From Bacteroidales bacterium (GTDB lineage Bacteria > Bacteroidota > Bacteroidia > Bacteroidales > VadinHA17): 64,000 nucleotides of DNA. Location of the stretch: assembly GCA_038245405.1 (NCBI GenBank), contig JBBRSO010000001.1, forward strand, positions 9,199-73,198. Reading direction: 5' to 3'. Made by a program: the position numbers and the translations under genes. Under the pieces are notes generated by a model. It made no database searches. It saw only the letters and a program-made list of their open reading frames with translations, and was not told where the DNA came from. Positions 30,750 to 38,962 of the stretch are shown here, one piece after another. Every line of letters starts with the position of its first letter. The stretch's first letter is position 1.

Positions 30750-32909
30750 AGGGGGTAAAAAATTCCTAAGCCAGAAGTTATTGGCCTCTCTTTTTGAATG
30801 AACTGACTTTGCTCCGCTCCAGCCATGCCGACCTTCGGGATAAAGCATAAATTCAAATATTTTCCCTTCATCCTCTAGTCTTGAAATCAGATGTATAGAG
30901 TTCTGAAGATGGACGTTGTCATCCATATCACCATGTGTTATGTATAATTTCCCTGTATAGTCTTTTGCGAATGTGAGTGTAGATCCTTCCTTGTATCCTT
31001 CGGGATTGTCCTTTGGAGTGTCCATATACCTTTCCGTATAAACATTATCATACAGCCGCCAGTCGGTTACCGATGAGCCGGCAAATCCGTGAGTCCAGTA
31101 GCCTGCCCCCTTTGTAAGAGCCAGACATGTCATATATCCACCGTAAGAACTCCCGGTGATGCCGATTTTTGTGGAATCAACATACGATTTTGCTCTTAAC
31201 CATTTAATGGCATCCTCGTAGTCGAGGATCTCCCAATTTCCGAGAGAACGATAAAGGTAGTCAAGCCCTTTCTTCCCAAACTGGCCTGATCCGCGATGAT
31301 CAACAGCAAAAGTAATAATCCCATTTTGTGAGTACCACGAAGGAGTATTGCCCACCCATCTGTTGCTTACATTTTTGGAATCGGGTCCTCCATAGATCGT
31401 AAATACAACAGGGTATCTTTTTAGAGAATCAAAATTAACGGGGTAGGTAATAATAGCTGGCATATTGAAAAGACCATCGGATGTCGGGATTTTCACCATT
31501 ACTGGTTTTGATTGCGCAGCAGGATCATACACAGGCTGATCGAACTTATAGATCTCTTTCAGTTTCTTTCCGTTTTTAGTGAAGGCAATCATTGAACCAG
31601 CATTGTTTATGCTGTTCCATGTGTCGATATAGAACGACCCGTCTGGTGAAATACTTACAGAATGCTTACCGGCACCAGTTGTCATTCGGAGGAGGTTATT
31701 GCCATCCAGACCAACTCTGAATGCGTGATTATCTGTCGGTTCTGTTCCTGTGGCTGAGAAATATACCACCTTTTGATCTTCATCTACCCTGTCAATTGAA
31801 GTAACTCTGAAATTCATATTAGTAAGCTGAGAAATAAGCTTGCCATCCCATGATTGATAATAAAGGTTTTCCCAATCATTTCTGTAGCTTCTCAGAATAA
31901 AGCCCGAGCCGTTCTTTAATACGTGCACACCTTCATAAAATTCAACCCACGTCTTTCTGGTTTCATTATAAATCTGTGAGTAATCGCCTGTAGAAGGATC
32001 AGCAAGAATAATTTTCAAATCATTCTGGTCGCGGTTTAAAACCTGGATTGCAAGTTTCCGGCCATCAGGTGTCCAGAATGGCCATGCAATATACTGATCA
32101 ACATTATCATCAGTTTTTACCCAGGTTATTGAAGATGATGCAATGTCAGCAATACCCATTTTTACTTTTGGATTCGGATCACCGGGTTTTGGATAAGGAG
32201 TAGCTTCAATAAGTCCGTGAATGCCATCAGGCTCATCCAGTCTGTTCAGCGTAAAAACCGGAACATCTGTTTCATCAGTTCTCAGAAACGCAAGCTTCTT
32301 ACTATCGGGCGACCACCAGAATGCAGTATAATGGCCTGGTCTTCCAAGAATCTCTTCCATATAAACCCATGAAGAATATCCATTGTATATTTTTTCTGAA
32401 GCATCTTTTGTTAACCTGACTTCCTTATTATTAGTCAGATCAAAAACATAGAGGTCCTTATTTTTTGTGTAGGCCAGCATTTTGCCATCGGGTGAAAACT
32501 GAGTATTTACTTCTACTGTTCTGTCATTAGTAAGCCTCTTTATTTCGTGGTCTCCAATAGTGAAAAAAGAAAGATCATTATCTGTCATAATAATTGCGCT
32601 CTTCTTATCAGGACTAAGAAGATCTGTTGTACTCAATGTAATACCATTCGGAAGCGCTTCTGAGATTTTCTCCCTGTCTGTCTTTGCGGGTTTGATTACT
32701 TCGCTTTTTCCGGTTTTAATATCAATATTTTGAATTACAGGCTTTTTATCAGAATCAAAATTTCTTACCTGATAATGTGAATTATCTGTCCAGCCAATAA
32801 TGGAAGTCTGGCTTCCTCCCCGTTGTGGCAACTGTGCGTAAACCGGAATTATCAAAAAAGCAAAAGATAGAATGCTAATCAGAAAATGAAGAGTTTTTAA
32901 TCTTCTCAT
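30741..32909 (-). CDS. dpp4: Dipeptidyl-peptidase IV (S9B prolyl dipeptidyl peptidase)
   Basis: Signal peptide. N-terminal beta-propeller region. C-terminal alpha/beta hydrolase with GSSYGGYMT nucleophile elbow, HGDMDDNVH and GRHGW. Confidence 0.9.
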   Translation of the reverse strand: MRRLKTLHFLISILSFAFLIIPVYAQLPQRGGSQTSIIGWTDNSHYQVRNFDSDKKPVIQNIDIKTGKSEVIKPAKTDREKISEALPNGITLSTTDLLSPDKKSAIIMTDNDLSFFTIGDHEIKRLTNDRTVEVNTQFSPDGKMLAYTKNKDLYVFDLTNNKEVRLTKDASEKIYNGYSSWVYMEEILGRPGHYTAFWWSPDSKKLAFLRTDETDVPVFTLNRLDEPDGIHGLIEATPYPKPGDPNPKVKMGIADIASSSITWVKTDDNVDQYIAWPFWTPDGRKLAIQVLNRDQNDLKIILADPSTGDYSQIYNETRKTWVEFYEGVHVLKNGSGFILRSYRNDWENLYYQSWDGKLISQLTNMNFRVTSIDRVDEDQKVVYFSATGTEPTDNHAFRVGLDGNNLLRMTTGAGKHSVSISPDGSFYIDTWNSINNAGSMIAFTKNGKKLKEIYKFDQPVYDPAAQSKPVMVKIPTSDGLFNMPAIITYPVNFDSLKRYPVVFTIYGGPDSKNVSNRWVGNTPSWYSQNGIITFAVDHRGSGQFGKKGLDYLYRSLGNWEILDYEDAIKWLRAKSYVDSTKIGITGSSYGGYMTCLALTKGAGYWTHGFAGSSVTDWRLYDNVYTERYMDTPKDNPEGYKEGSTLTFAKDYTGKLYITHGDMDDNVHLQNSIHLISRLEDEGKIFEFMLYPEGRHGWSGAKSVHSKREANNFWLRNFLPPAP

Positions 32910-33057
32910 GACCTATAATTAAAAGTGAATATTTAAGATGTGAAAAACAAAAATAGAAAAATTTACGATGTATCCATCCTTCCGATTAATGGCGCGTAAC
33001 AGGAATTTGCAATCTTTTTGTATTTTTACAATAATTAACAGGGGGAAAATTGGATAA

Positions 33058-34362
33058 ATGACGGGAAATGGGATAAATGCCAAATCTGTCCGTGAAATCG
33101 GATGGCTTAAACTGGACAACGCAGCCAAACTCTTTCCTGCAATTATGTCGGGCGAACTGACAGCGGTCTTCAGAATAACAGCTAAGCTTAAAAAGCCTAT
33201 AAACTATTCGAATATCAAAGAAGCCGTCGAAATTACTTCAGGCCGCTTTCCATATTTCAGTGTTTCGCTGGGTAGTGGCTTATTCTGGCATTATCTGGAA
33301 TTCAATAACAAAATGCCACGGATTCAGACTGAAGAAAATATACCATGCACAGCATTTGCAGCCAAAAGAAAAAACGAACCTCTTTACAGGATTCTGGTTA
33401 AGGAAAACAGGATTTCTGTTGAATTCTTTCATATACTTACTGATGGCGGGGGAGCATTCGAATATCTCAAGTCGCTTCTTTATACATACCTCACACTGAG
33501 CGGGAATACAATTCGAACCAGTGAAGGGATCATATTACCCGGAAGTCCAATAACCGAAGGAGAATTTGAAGATGGATATAAAAGGTTTTTCAGGAAAAAA
33601 ATACCGCCTCCCGGTAAGCTTACCAAAGCCTGGCACCTGCCATATAGCCTGAATGAAAAACCACGACTGAAAGTTATCGGGGCTGAAATATCCCTTGACA
33701 AGCTTCTGGGAAAAGCACGTGAACATGAGGCATCAGTGACAGAGTTTCTGGTGTCAGTCTATCTGTATACTCTGCAAAAAATTTTCCTGGAGGAAAAAGA
33801 AAATGTAAAAAAACAGAAAACGGGAGTATTACGAATAGAAGTTCCGGTTAACCTGAGGAAAAAGTTTCCGAGTATCACAATGCGTAATTTTTCTCTTTTT
33901 GTGCTCCCGGAACTCGATCTCAGGCTTGGGGAGTACTCTTTTGAAGAGATCCTTAAAATAACAAGGTATCAGCTTCAGACAGGGGCCGATGTAAAACAAA
34001 TCACAAGATTCCTATCACAAAATGTTGGTCACGAGAAGAGCCCTCTTATCAGGGTTCTGCCTCTGTTCATTAAATCACTGGCGATTTCCGCTGTGTACAA
34101 AAGGCTGGGTTCTAATCAGTGTTCAGGGATCCTTACCAATATGGGTGCAATTAAGTTACCACCTGAAATGGAAGAGCTTATTGATTCATTTGAATTAGTG
34201 CCTACTCCGCCGAATACACATGTTAAAGTAACGTGTGCAATGGTAACCTTCAAAAATCATATGCGTATTAGTTTTGGCAATATTTCAAATTCTACAAAAT
34301 TCGAAATGCATTTTTTAAGATATCTCACTGAAGCAGGGATACCTGTAAGGATCCTAAAATAA
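33058..34362 (+). CDS. HxxxD-motif acyltransferase-like protein (condensation / alcohol acetyltransferase-like superfamily)
   Basis: FFHILTDGGGAFEYLKSL carries the HxxxDG catalytic signature of the CAT/condensation/WS-DGAT-like superfamily. Size is about 430 aa. The family assignment is tentative. Confidence 0.45.
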   Translation: MTGNGINAKSVREIGWLKLDNAAKLFPAIMSGELTAVFRITAKLKKPINYSNIKEAVEITSGRFPYFSVSLGSGLFWHYLEFNNKMPRIQTEENIPCTAFAAKRKNEPLYRILVKENRISVEFFHILTDGGGAFEYLKSLLYTYLTLSGNTIRTSEGIILPGSPITEGEFEDGYKRFFRKKIPPPGKLTKAWHLPYSLNEKPRLKVIGAEISLDKLLGKAREHEASVTEFLVSVYLYTLQKIFLEEKENVKKQKTGVLRIEVPVNLRKKFPSITMRNFSLFVLPELDLRLGEYSFEEILKITRYQLQTGADVKQITRFLSQNVGHEKSPLIRVLPLFIKSLAISAVYKRLGSNQCSGILTNMGAIKLPPEMEELIDSFELVPTPPNTHVKVTCAMVTFKNHMRISFGNISNSTKFEMHFLRYLTEAGIPVRILK

Positions 34363-34376
34363 CTAACAAAAGCAAC

Positions 34377-35081
34377 ATGAATAATTGTATAAACTGTGGG
34401 GTAGAGCTCGATGAAACTTTATCATCATGCCCTCTCTGCGGATTTAATATTGGAAATGAAGAACTGGTTGAATCAAATAAAAAGTCAGAGTTCTTTCCTT
34501 CCGACATAATTCTGTTACATAGAAAAGAGACCAGAACCCATATCTGGGAACTGTCAGGCATAATTTCATTTTCAGGAATTATTGTCTGCTCTATTGCAGA
34601 TCTGGTGATTATGAAGAAATTTACCTGGTCGCTATTTGCTGATACTTCCATTATGGCCTCATGGTTAATCCTTACCCTTAGCCTGCTCGCATTCAGAAAG
34701 TATTATATTGTTCTCCCCGGATTTCTGATCACGGTCCTCACAATGTTGTTTCTATTTGATATTTTTTCACCACCCGTCAATTGGTTTTTTGGTCTGGGAT
34801 TACCGTTAACAGTCACTCTTTTTATTGCTGCGAGTATTGTATTAATACTTTGGAAATTCGCTCATTTCAAAGGATTTAATATATTGGCCTTCGCATTTCT
34901 CATCCTGTCGGGGTTTTGTATTATAACGGAAATGTTCATCGATAAATTCCTGTTTAAAAGAGTTGATATCCAGTGGTCAGCAATTGTAGCGGTTTCAATA
35001 CTTCCAATTGCGTTTATACTGTTGTTTGTGCATTACAGGATGAAAAAAGGGAACAGGCTTGATAGCTATTTTCATATGTAG
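34377..35081 (+). CDS. Zinc-ribbon (CxxC...CxxC) N-terminal, multi-pass membrane protein of unknown function
   Basis: The CINCG...CPLCG ribbon is followed by about five hydrophobic helices. It starts 14 nt after the preceding gene. Confidence 0.6.
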   Translation: MNNCINCGVELDETLSSCPLCGFNIGNEELVESNKKSEFFPSDIILLHRKETRTHIWELSGIISFSGIIVCSIADLVIMKKFTWSLFADTSIMASWLILTLSLLAFRKYYIVLPGFLITVLTMLFLFDIFSPPVNWFFGLGLPLTVTLFIAASIVLILWKFAHFKGFNILAFAFLILSGFCIITEMFIDKFLFKRVDIQWSAIVAVSILPIAFILLFVHYRMKKGNRLDSYFHM

Positions 35082-35112
35082 AAAGGCGCAAAGGCGCAAA
35101 GGCTCAAAGGCG
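35082..35112. repeat. Octamer array (AAAGGCGC x ~3.9)
   Basis: The sequence aaaggcgc aaaggcgc aaaggctc aaaggcg begins at the base after the stop codon of 34377-35081. It is the same unit, reverse-complemented, as 44643-44698. Confidence 0.6.
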
Positions 35113-35134
35113 TCCCCTGTTTAGTCTTATTTCA

Positions 35135-35359
35135 CTAGTGGCACTGAATTCCCAGGAAATTTGTTGCTGCGACAGGACGATTTACACTTTCTAATATGGA
35201 ATTTGTGATGGACATTTCCATTCTTAATGTGCTGTTATTAAGAAATATATCCTTCAATTTCTTTTCAGATTTTGAACCGTGTCGCAATCTTGGCATTGAT
35301 AAAAGTTCCTTTGACATAATTTCTTTGGCCTTTGCCATTAACGGGTCAGTATTTTTCAT
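35135..35359 (-). CDS. Small hypothetical protein (74 aa)
   Basis: ORF only, with no recognisable motif. It occupies an otherwise empty gap and is divergent from the hydrogenase operon. Confidence 0.3.
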   Translation of the reverse strand: MKNTDPLMAKAKEIMSKELLSMPRLRHGSKSEKKLKDIFLNNSTLRMEMSITNSILESVNRPVAATNFLGIQCH

Positions 35360-35637
35360 TTTCGATAATTTAAATTCCTATTACAATATCGTCTTACAAA
35401 GATTGTAATGTTACAATCTGAATATTTACATAACTATATATATAAGTTGCATCATTTACAGTATCCGGAACAGACAATAAATCATTTTACTTATTACTAT
35501 TGATCCCCGCTGCTGTTTGTATTAAAAGTATCCCCATTTACCAGGTTTCATGTTACATAATTAGATCATTATGTTATAGAATTTCATTATAATAATAACT
35601 GTTATTCATAATCTTATTTAGAATAAATATAAGTTAG

Positions 35638-35670
35638 TGTTATTATATTCACAATGTTATTTTATTCACA
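35638..35670 (+). promoter_or_regulatory. Tandem direct repeat TGTTATT(A/T)TATTCACA x2, candidate regulator binding site
   Basis: Two 16-mers (35638-35653 and 35655-35670) match at 15/16 positions with a 17-bp period. They abut the putative -7 box. Confidence 0.35.
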
Positions 35671-35679
35671 CTAAATGAT

Positions 35680-35687
35680 TATATTTG
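35680..35687 (+). promoter_or_regulatory. Bacteroidota-type -7 promoter box (TATATTTG) for the 35749-44138 operon
   Basis: Matches the TAnnTTTG consensus, 62 nt upstream of the first ATG, in a ~390-bp AT-rich gap. Confidence 0.4.
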
Positions 35688-35748
35688 CACTCGAAATTGA
35701 GCTTCAAAAAAAAATAGCTCAGTAAATCACAAGCTTACAAGTACTGAA

Positions 35749-36093
35749 ATGACAATTAAAGAAATAGCAGAGATTATTGATGGAAGGGTGATTTGTTGTG
35801 AAGAAAGGTTATCTACTTGTGTTGAATATGCTTTCTCATCTGATCTCATGAGTGATGTCCTGACGATAGAAAAAGAAAACATGTTGCTGATAACGGGTCT
35901 GGCAAATGTTCAGACAATAAGAACATCCGAAATGTCCGACATAAATTGCATAATTTTTGCGCGCGACAAAAAAATTGGTAACGAAATGGTGGCTCTTGCT
36001 AAAGAGAATCATATGATATTGGTTGAGAGTCCTCATTCTGTCTTTCACATTTCCGGTGAATTATATAAAGCAGGTATTAAATCGATCTATTAA
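35749..36093 (+). CDS. DRTGG domain protein
   Basis: 114 aa. SSDLMSDVL ... LLITGLAN ... context typical of stand-alone DRTGG proteins. Paralogue at 37887. Confidence 0.75.
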   Translation: MTIKEIAEIIDGRVICCEERLSTCVEYAFSSDLMSDVLTIEKENMLLITGLANVQTIRTSEMSDINCIIFARDKKIGNEMVALAKENHMILVESPHSVFHISGELYKAGIKSIY

Positions 36094-36096
36094 AAT

Positions 36097-36522
36097 ATGC
36101 AATTCAGGCATAAAATATCCGGGGGCGATTTCTCAAAAGCCGGGAATATTGCAAGTTCAGTCAAGAAAATTCTTCATCAGCTGAATATTGACCATTCCAT
36201 CTCAAAACGGATAGTTATTGCCTTGTATGAAGGTGAAGTGAATGTTGTAGCGCACGCATATTCAGGAATAATTGAAGTTGATATAGACGAAGAAAAGATT
36301 GCAACAAAAATATCGGATATAGGTCCGGGGATAGATGACATTGATCAGGCTATGAAAGAAGGATATTCGACAGCGACATCACAGGTAAGAGAAATGGGAT
36401 TTGGTGCAGGAATGGGCTTATCGAATATGAAAAAAAACAGCGACTCAATGACGATCTCGAGCATACCCGGTGAAGGAACGATTGTGGAACTGATAACATA
36501 CATAAAGCCCCATGCAGGATAA
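36097..36522 (+). CDS. GHKL-type ATPase / anti-sigma-factor-like serine kinase (RsbW/SpoIIAB-like)
   Basis: 141 aa. N-box-like EGEVNVVAHAY, G1 DIGPGIDD, G2 GFGAGMGLSNM. No HisKA domain. Confidence 0.75.
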   Translation: MQFRHKISGGDFSKAGNIASSVKKILHQLNIDHSISKRIVIALYEGEVNVVAHAYSGIIEVDIDEEKIATKISDIGPGIDDIDQAMKEGYSTATSQVREMGFGAGMGLSNMKKNSDSMTISSIPGEGTIVELITYIKPHAG

Positions 36523-37900
36523 TACTCAAAATAGAGATTTTCATCATGCATTAACGGTACATGAAGATATATGTATTGGTTGTACTCATTGTATGACGGT
36601 CTGCCCAACACAAGCTATCAGAGTGAGAAACGGAAAAGCCAGTATCATTGCCAACCGTTGTGTCGATTGCGGGGAATGTTATAAAGCCTGTCCTGTTTCC
36701 GCTATAGGTGTAGAGCAGGATGATCTCGATATGATCTTTAATTTCCCGGTTCGCGTAATACTTATACCGAGTGTTCTTATAGGTCAGTTCCCGAGAAAAA
36801 TAATGACTTCAAGTATTTACAATGCGCTGAAGGAAATAGGATTCACGCATATTTATGAAGTGGAGAACAGCGTTGATATGGTTCTGGAAGCAAGCCGCCA
36901 ATACATGCATGAACATAAGGAACGTCCGATGATCTCATCATACTGCCCGGCTATAATACGACTCATCCAGGTGAAATATCCATCACTTGTAGGCAATATC
37001 ATGAAGATCAACCCTCCTATCGATATGTCAGCCATGTATTACAGGGAGAAGCTGAAAGCATCGGGTATCCCTGAAGAACAGATCGGACTCTTTTATGCTA
37101 CACCATGCGCTGCAAAGATAGCCGCTGTTAAAAGTCCGGTTGGCGATACAAAATCAGCGGTAACAGGAGTAATAAATATCGACTTTTTATATAACAGGAT
37201 CTTCAGATTTTTACAGAGGAAGTATAAGGAATCAGAGCCTCCTGTGACAGACGATCTTTTAAGCTCAAGAGGAATACTCTGGAGTCTTACCCGTGGTGAA
37301 GTGATACACTCAAATGGCCGCGCACTGGCAATCGACGGGATAAAGAATGTGAACGAGTTTCTTGAGAATATTAAAAATGAAAAGCTTGATGAGATTGACT
37401 TTCTTGAATTAAGAGCTTGTGATGAAAGCTGTGCCGGCGGTATATTGATAAGCGGGAACAGATTTCTAACTGTTGAGAGGCTTAAAATCAGGGCTGAGGA
37501 ATACAGGAACAGGGAAGATGATAAGGAAAGAAAATTAAAAGATAGATATCTGAGTGTAAATGAACATGGGTTTCTGGGCGACATCGAACCAAGGCCAATG
37601 GGCAAGCTTGATAAAGATTTTTCGACTGCCCTGAAAAAGATGGAGAGACAACGTCGTATAATGTGTTTTTTGCCCGGATTCGATTGTGCTGGTTGCGGCG
37701 CTCCCGACTGTCAGACCCTTTCGGAAGATATAGTACTTGGAAATGCACAGATTTCACATTGTATTTTCATGCAACATCAGATGATAAAACAAAATGTACT
37801 CAACCAGGAACAGGCTACAAGGGTGACTGAAAATATCTGGGGAAAAGAACGATTGGAAAAAAACTGTAATAAATTAGGAGCTGAAGATGAAAATATCTGA
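36512..37900 (+). CDS. [FeFe]-hydrogenase-like Fe-S protein with degenerate H-cluster motifs (putative sensor)
   Basis: Two ferredoxin motifs (CIGCTHCMTVCP, CVDCGECYKACP). H-domain-like motifs ISSYCPA, ATPCAAKIAA and ELRACDESCAGG are collinear with TSCCPGW, MPCLAKKYE and EVMACPGGCIGGG of HydA in this window. C-terminal Cys cluster CFLPGFDCAGCGAPDC. Confidence 0.75.
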   Translation: MQDNTQNRDFHHALTVHEDICIGCTHCMTVCPTQAIRVRNGKASIIANRCVDCGECYKACPVSAIGVEQDDLDMIFNFPVRVILIPSVLIGQFPRKIMTSSIYNALKEIGFTHIYEVENSVDMVLEASRQYMHEHKERPMISSYCPAIIRLIQVKYPSLVGNIMKINPPIDMSAMYYREKLKASGIPEEQIGLFYATPCAAKIAAVKSPVGDTKSAVTGVINIDFLYNRIFRFLQRKYKESEPPVTDDLLSSRGILWSLTRGEVIHSNGRALAIDGIKNVNEFLENIKNEKLDEIDFLELRACDESCAGGILISGNRFLTVERLKIRAEEYRNREDDKERKLKDRYLSVNEHGFLGDIEPRPMGKLDKDFSTALKKMERQRRIMCFLPGFDCAGCGAPDCQTLSEDIVLGNAQISHCIFMQHQMIKQNVLNQEQATRVTENIWGKERLEKNCNKLGAEDENI

Positions 37901-38225
37901 TATTGTTACCGAACTTGAACTGAAAGTTATATCAGGGAATAATGGTCTGTCAAAAGAGATAACCGGAGGCTATGTCTCTGATCTCCTTAGTGATGTAATG
38001 GGTAATGCACAAGAAGGCCACGTATGGATTACCCTTCAGACTCACCAGAATATTATTGCGGTCAGCTCATTAAAGGACATTTCAGCAATTATTATTGTCA
38101 AGGGATTTGTTCCCGAAGCCGATACTGTTGAAAAAAGCAATATTGAGAATATCCCTGTTTTAAGCACAGAACTGGATACCTTCAATATTACGGGAAGGTT
38201 ATTTGAATTATTGAAAAAGGAATGA
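37887..38225 (+). CDS. DRTGG domain protein (second copy)
   Basis: 112 aa. GGYVSDLLSDVMGNA ... IIVKG context parallels 35749-36093. Overlaps the upstream gene by 14 nt. Confidence 0.75.
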   Translation: MKISDIVTELELKVISGNNGLSKEITGGYVSDLLSDVMGNAQEGHVWITLQTHQNIIAVSSLKDISAIIIVKGFVPEADTVEKSNIENIPVLSTELDTFNITGRLFELLKKE

Positions 38226-38962
38226 ATTTTTTTAGGGCTGATCTTCATATTCATACAGTCCTGTCACCATGCGGTGACCTGGACATGAGCCCTGTGAATA
38301 TCGTTTCTGAAGCTGCTCTCAAAGGGCTGGATATCATCGGAATCACCGATCATAATACAACCCGGCACTGCAGTCTGATAAAAAAGCTGGCATCAGAAAA
38401 TGGCATTTATGTGATGCAGGGTGCTGAAATTACAACAAGAGAAGAGGTTCATTGCCTCGCGTTCTTTGAAAATACTGATGAATTAATTGAATTACAGGCA
38501 TTCCTTGATGAGAATCTGCCCGACATTTTAAATGATAGTGATAAATTCGGATATCAGGTACAGGTAGATGAGTCTGACATTGTTGTTTATGAGGAGAAAA
38601 AGCTTCTTATCAACGCGATCTCAAAGACTTTTGAAGAAACAGAAGCCTTCGTTCATAGTCTGAATGGATTGTTTATTCCGGCTCATATTAACAAAACGAA
38701 AAACAGTATCTACAGTCAGCTTGGATTTCTTCCTGCAAAAATGAAAGCCGATGCTCTCGAAATCTCAGATTTACCTTCACCAATTTCCTTTACTGCGGCA
38801 CATCCTGAGATAAAGGCATTTCCTTTAATCAGAAGTTCCGATGCGCATTTCCCCGATCATATAGGCTCAACAACTACCACATTTTATATCAACGAGGCAT
38901 CATTTACAGAAATCAGGCTCGCACTTAAAGGTGAAAACGGCCGAATAGTAATTGCAGAATGA
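38222..38962 (+). CDS. PHP-domain phosphoesterase
   Basis: ADLHIHTVLSPCGD start motif, ITDHNT, and later H/D ligand residues (PAHIN, SSDAH). ATGA overlap with both neighbours. Confidence 0.8.
   Translation: MNFFRADLHIHTVLSPCGDLDMSPVNIVSEAALKGLDIIGITDHNTTRHCSLIKKLASENGIYVMQGAEITTREEVHCLAFFENTDELIELQAFLDENLPDILNDSDKFGYQVQVDESDIVVYEEKKLLINAISKTFEETEAFVHSLNGLFIPAHINKTKNSIYSQLGFLPAKMKADALEISDLPSPISFTAAHPEIKAFPLIRSSDAHFPDHIGSTTTTFYINEASFTEIRLALKGENGRIVIAE

Noticed and set aside
30653-30871. 72-aa ORF (minus) containing PLPPKGGL...SPLQGVGG
   Set aside because: It is produced by translation through the C5/G5 hairpin repeat and overlaps the DPP-IV 3' end. The composition is low-complexity and repeat-derived, not a gene.
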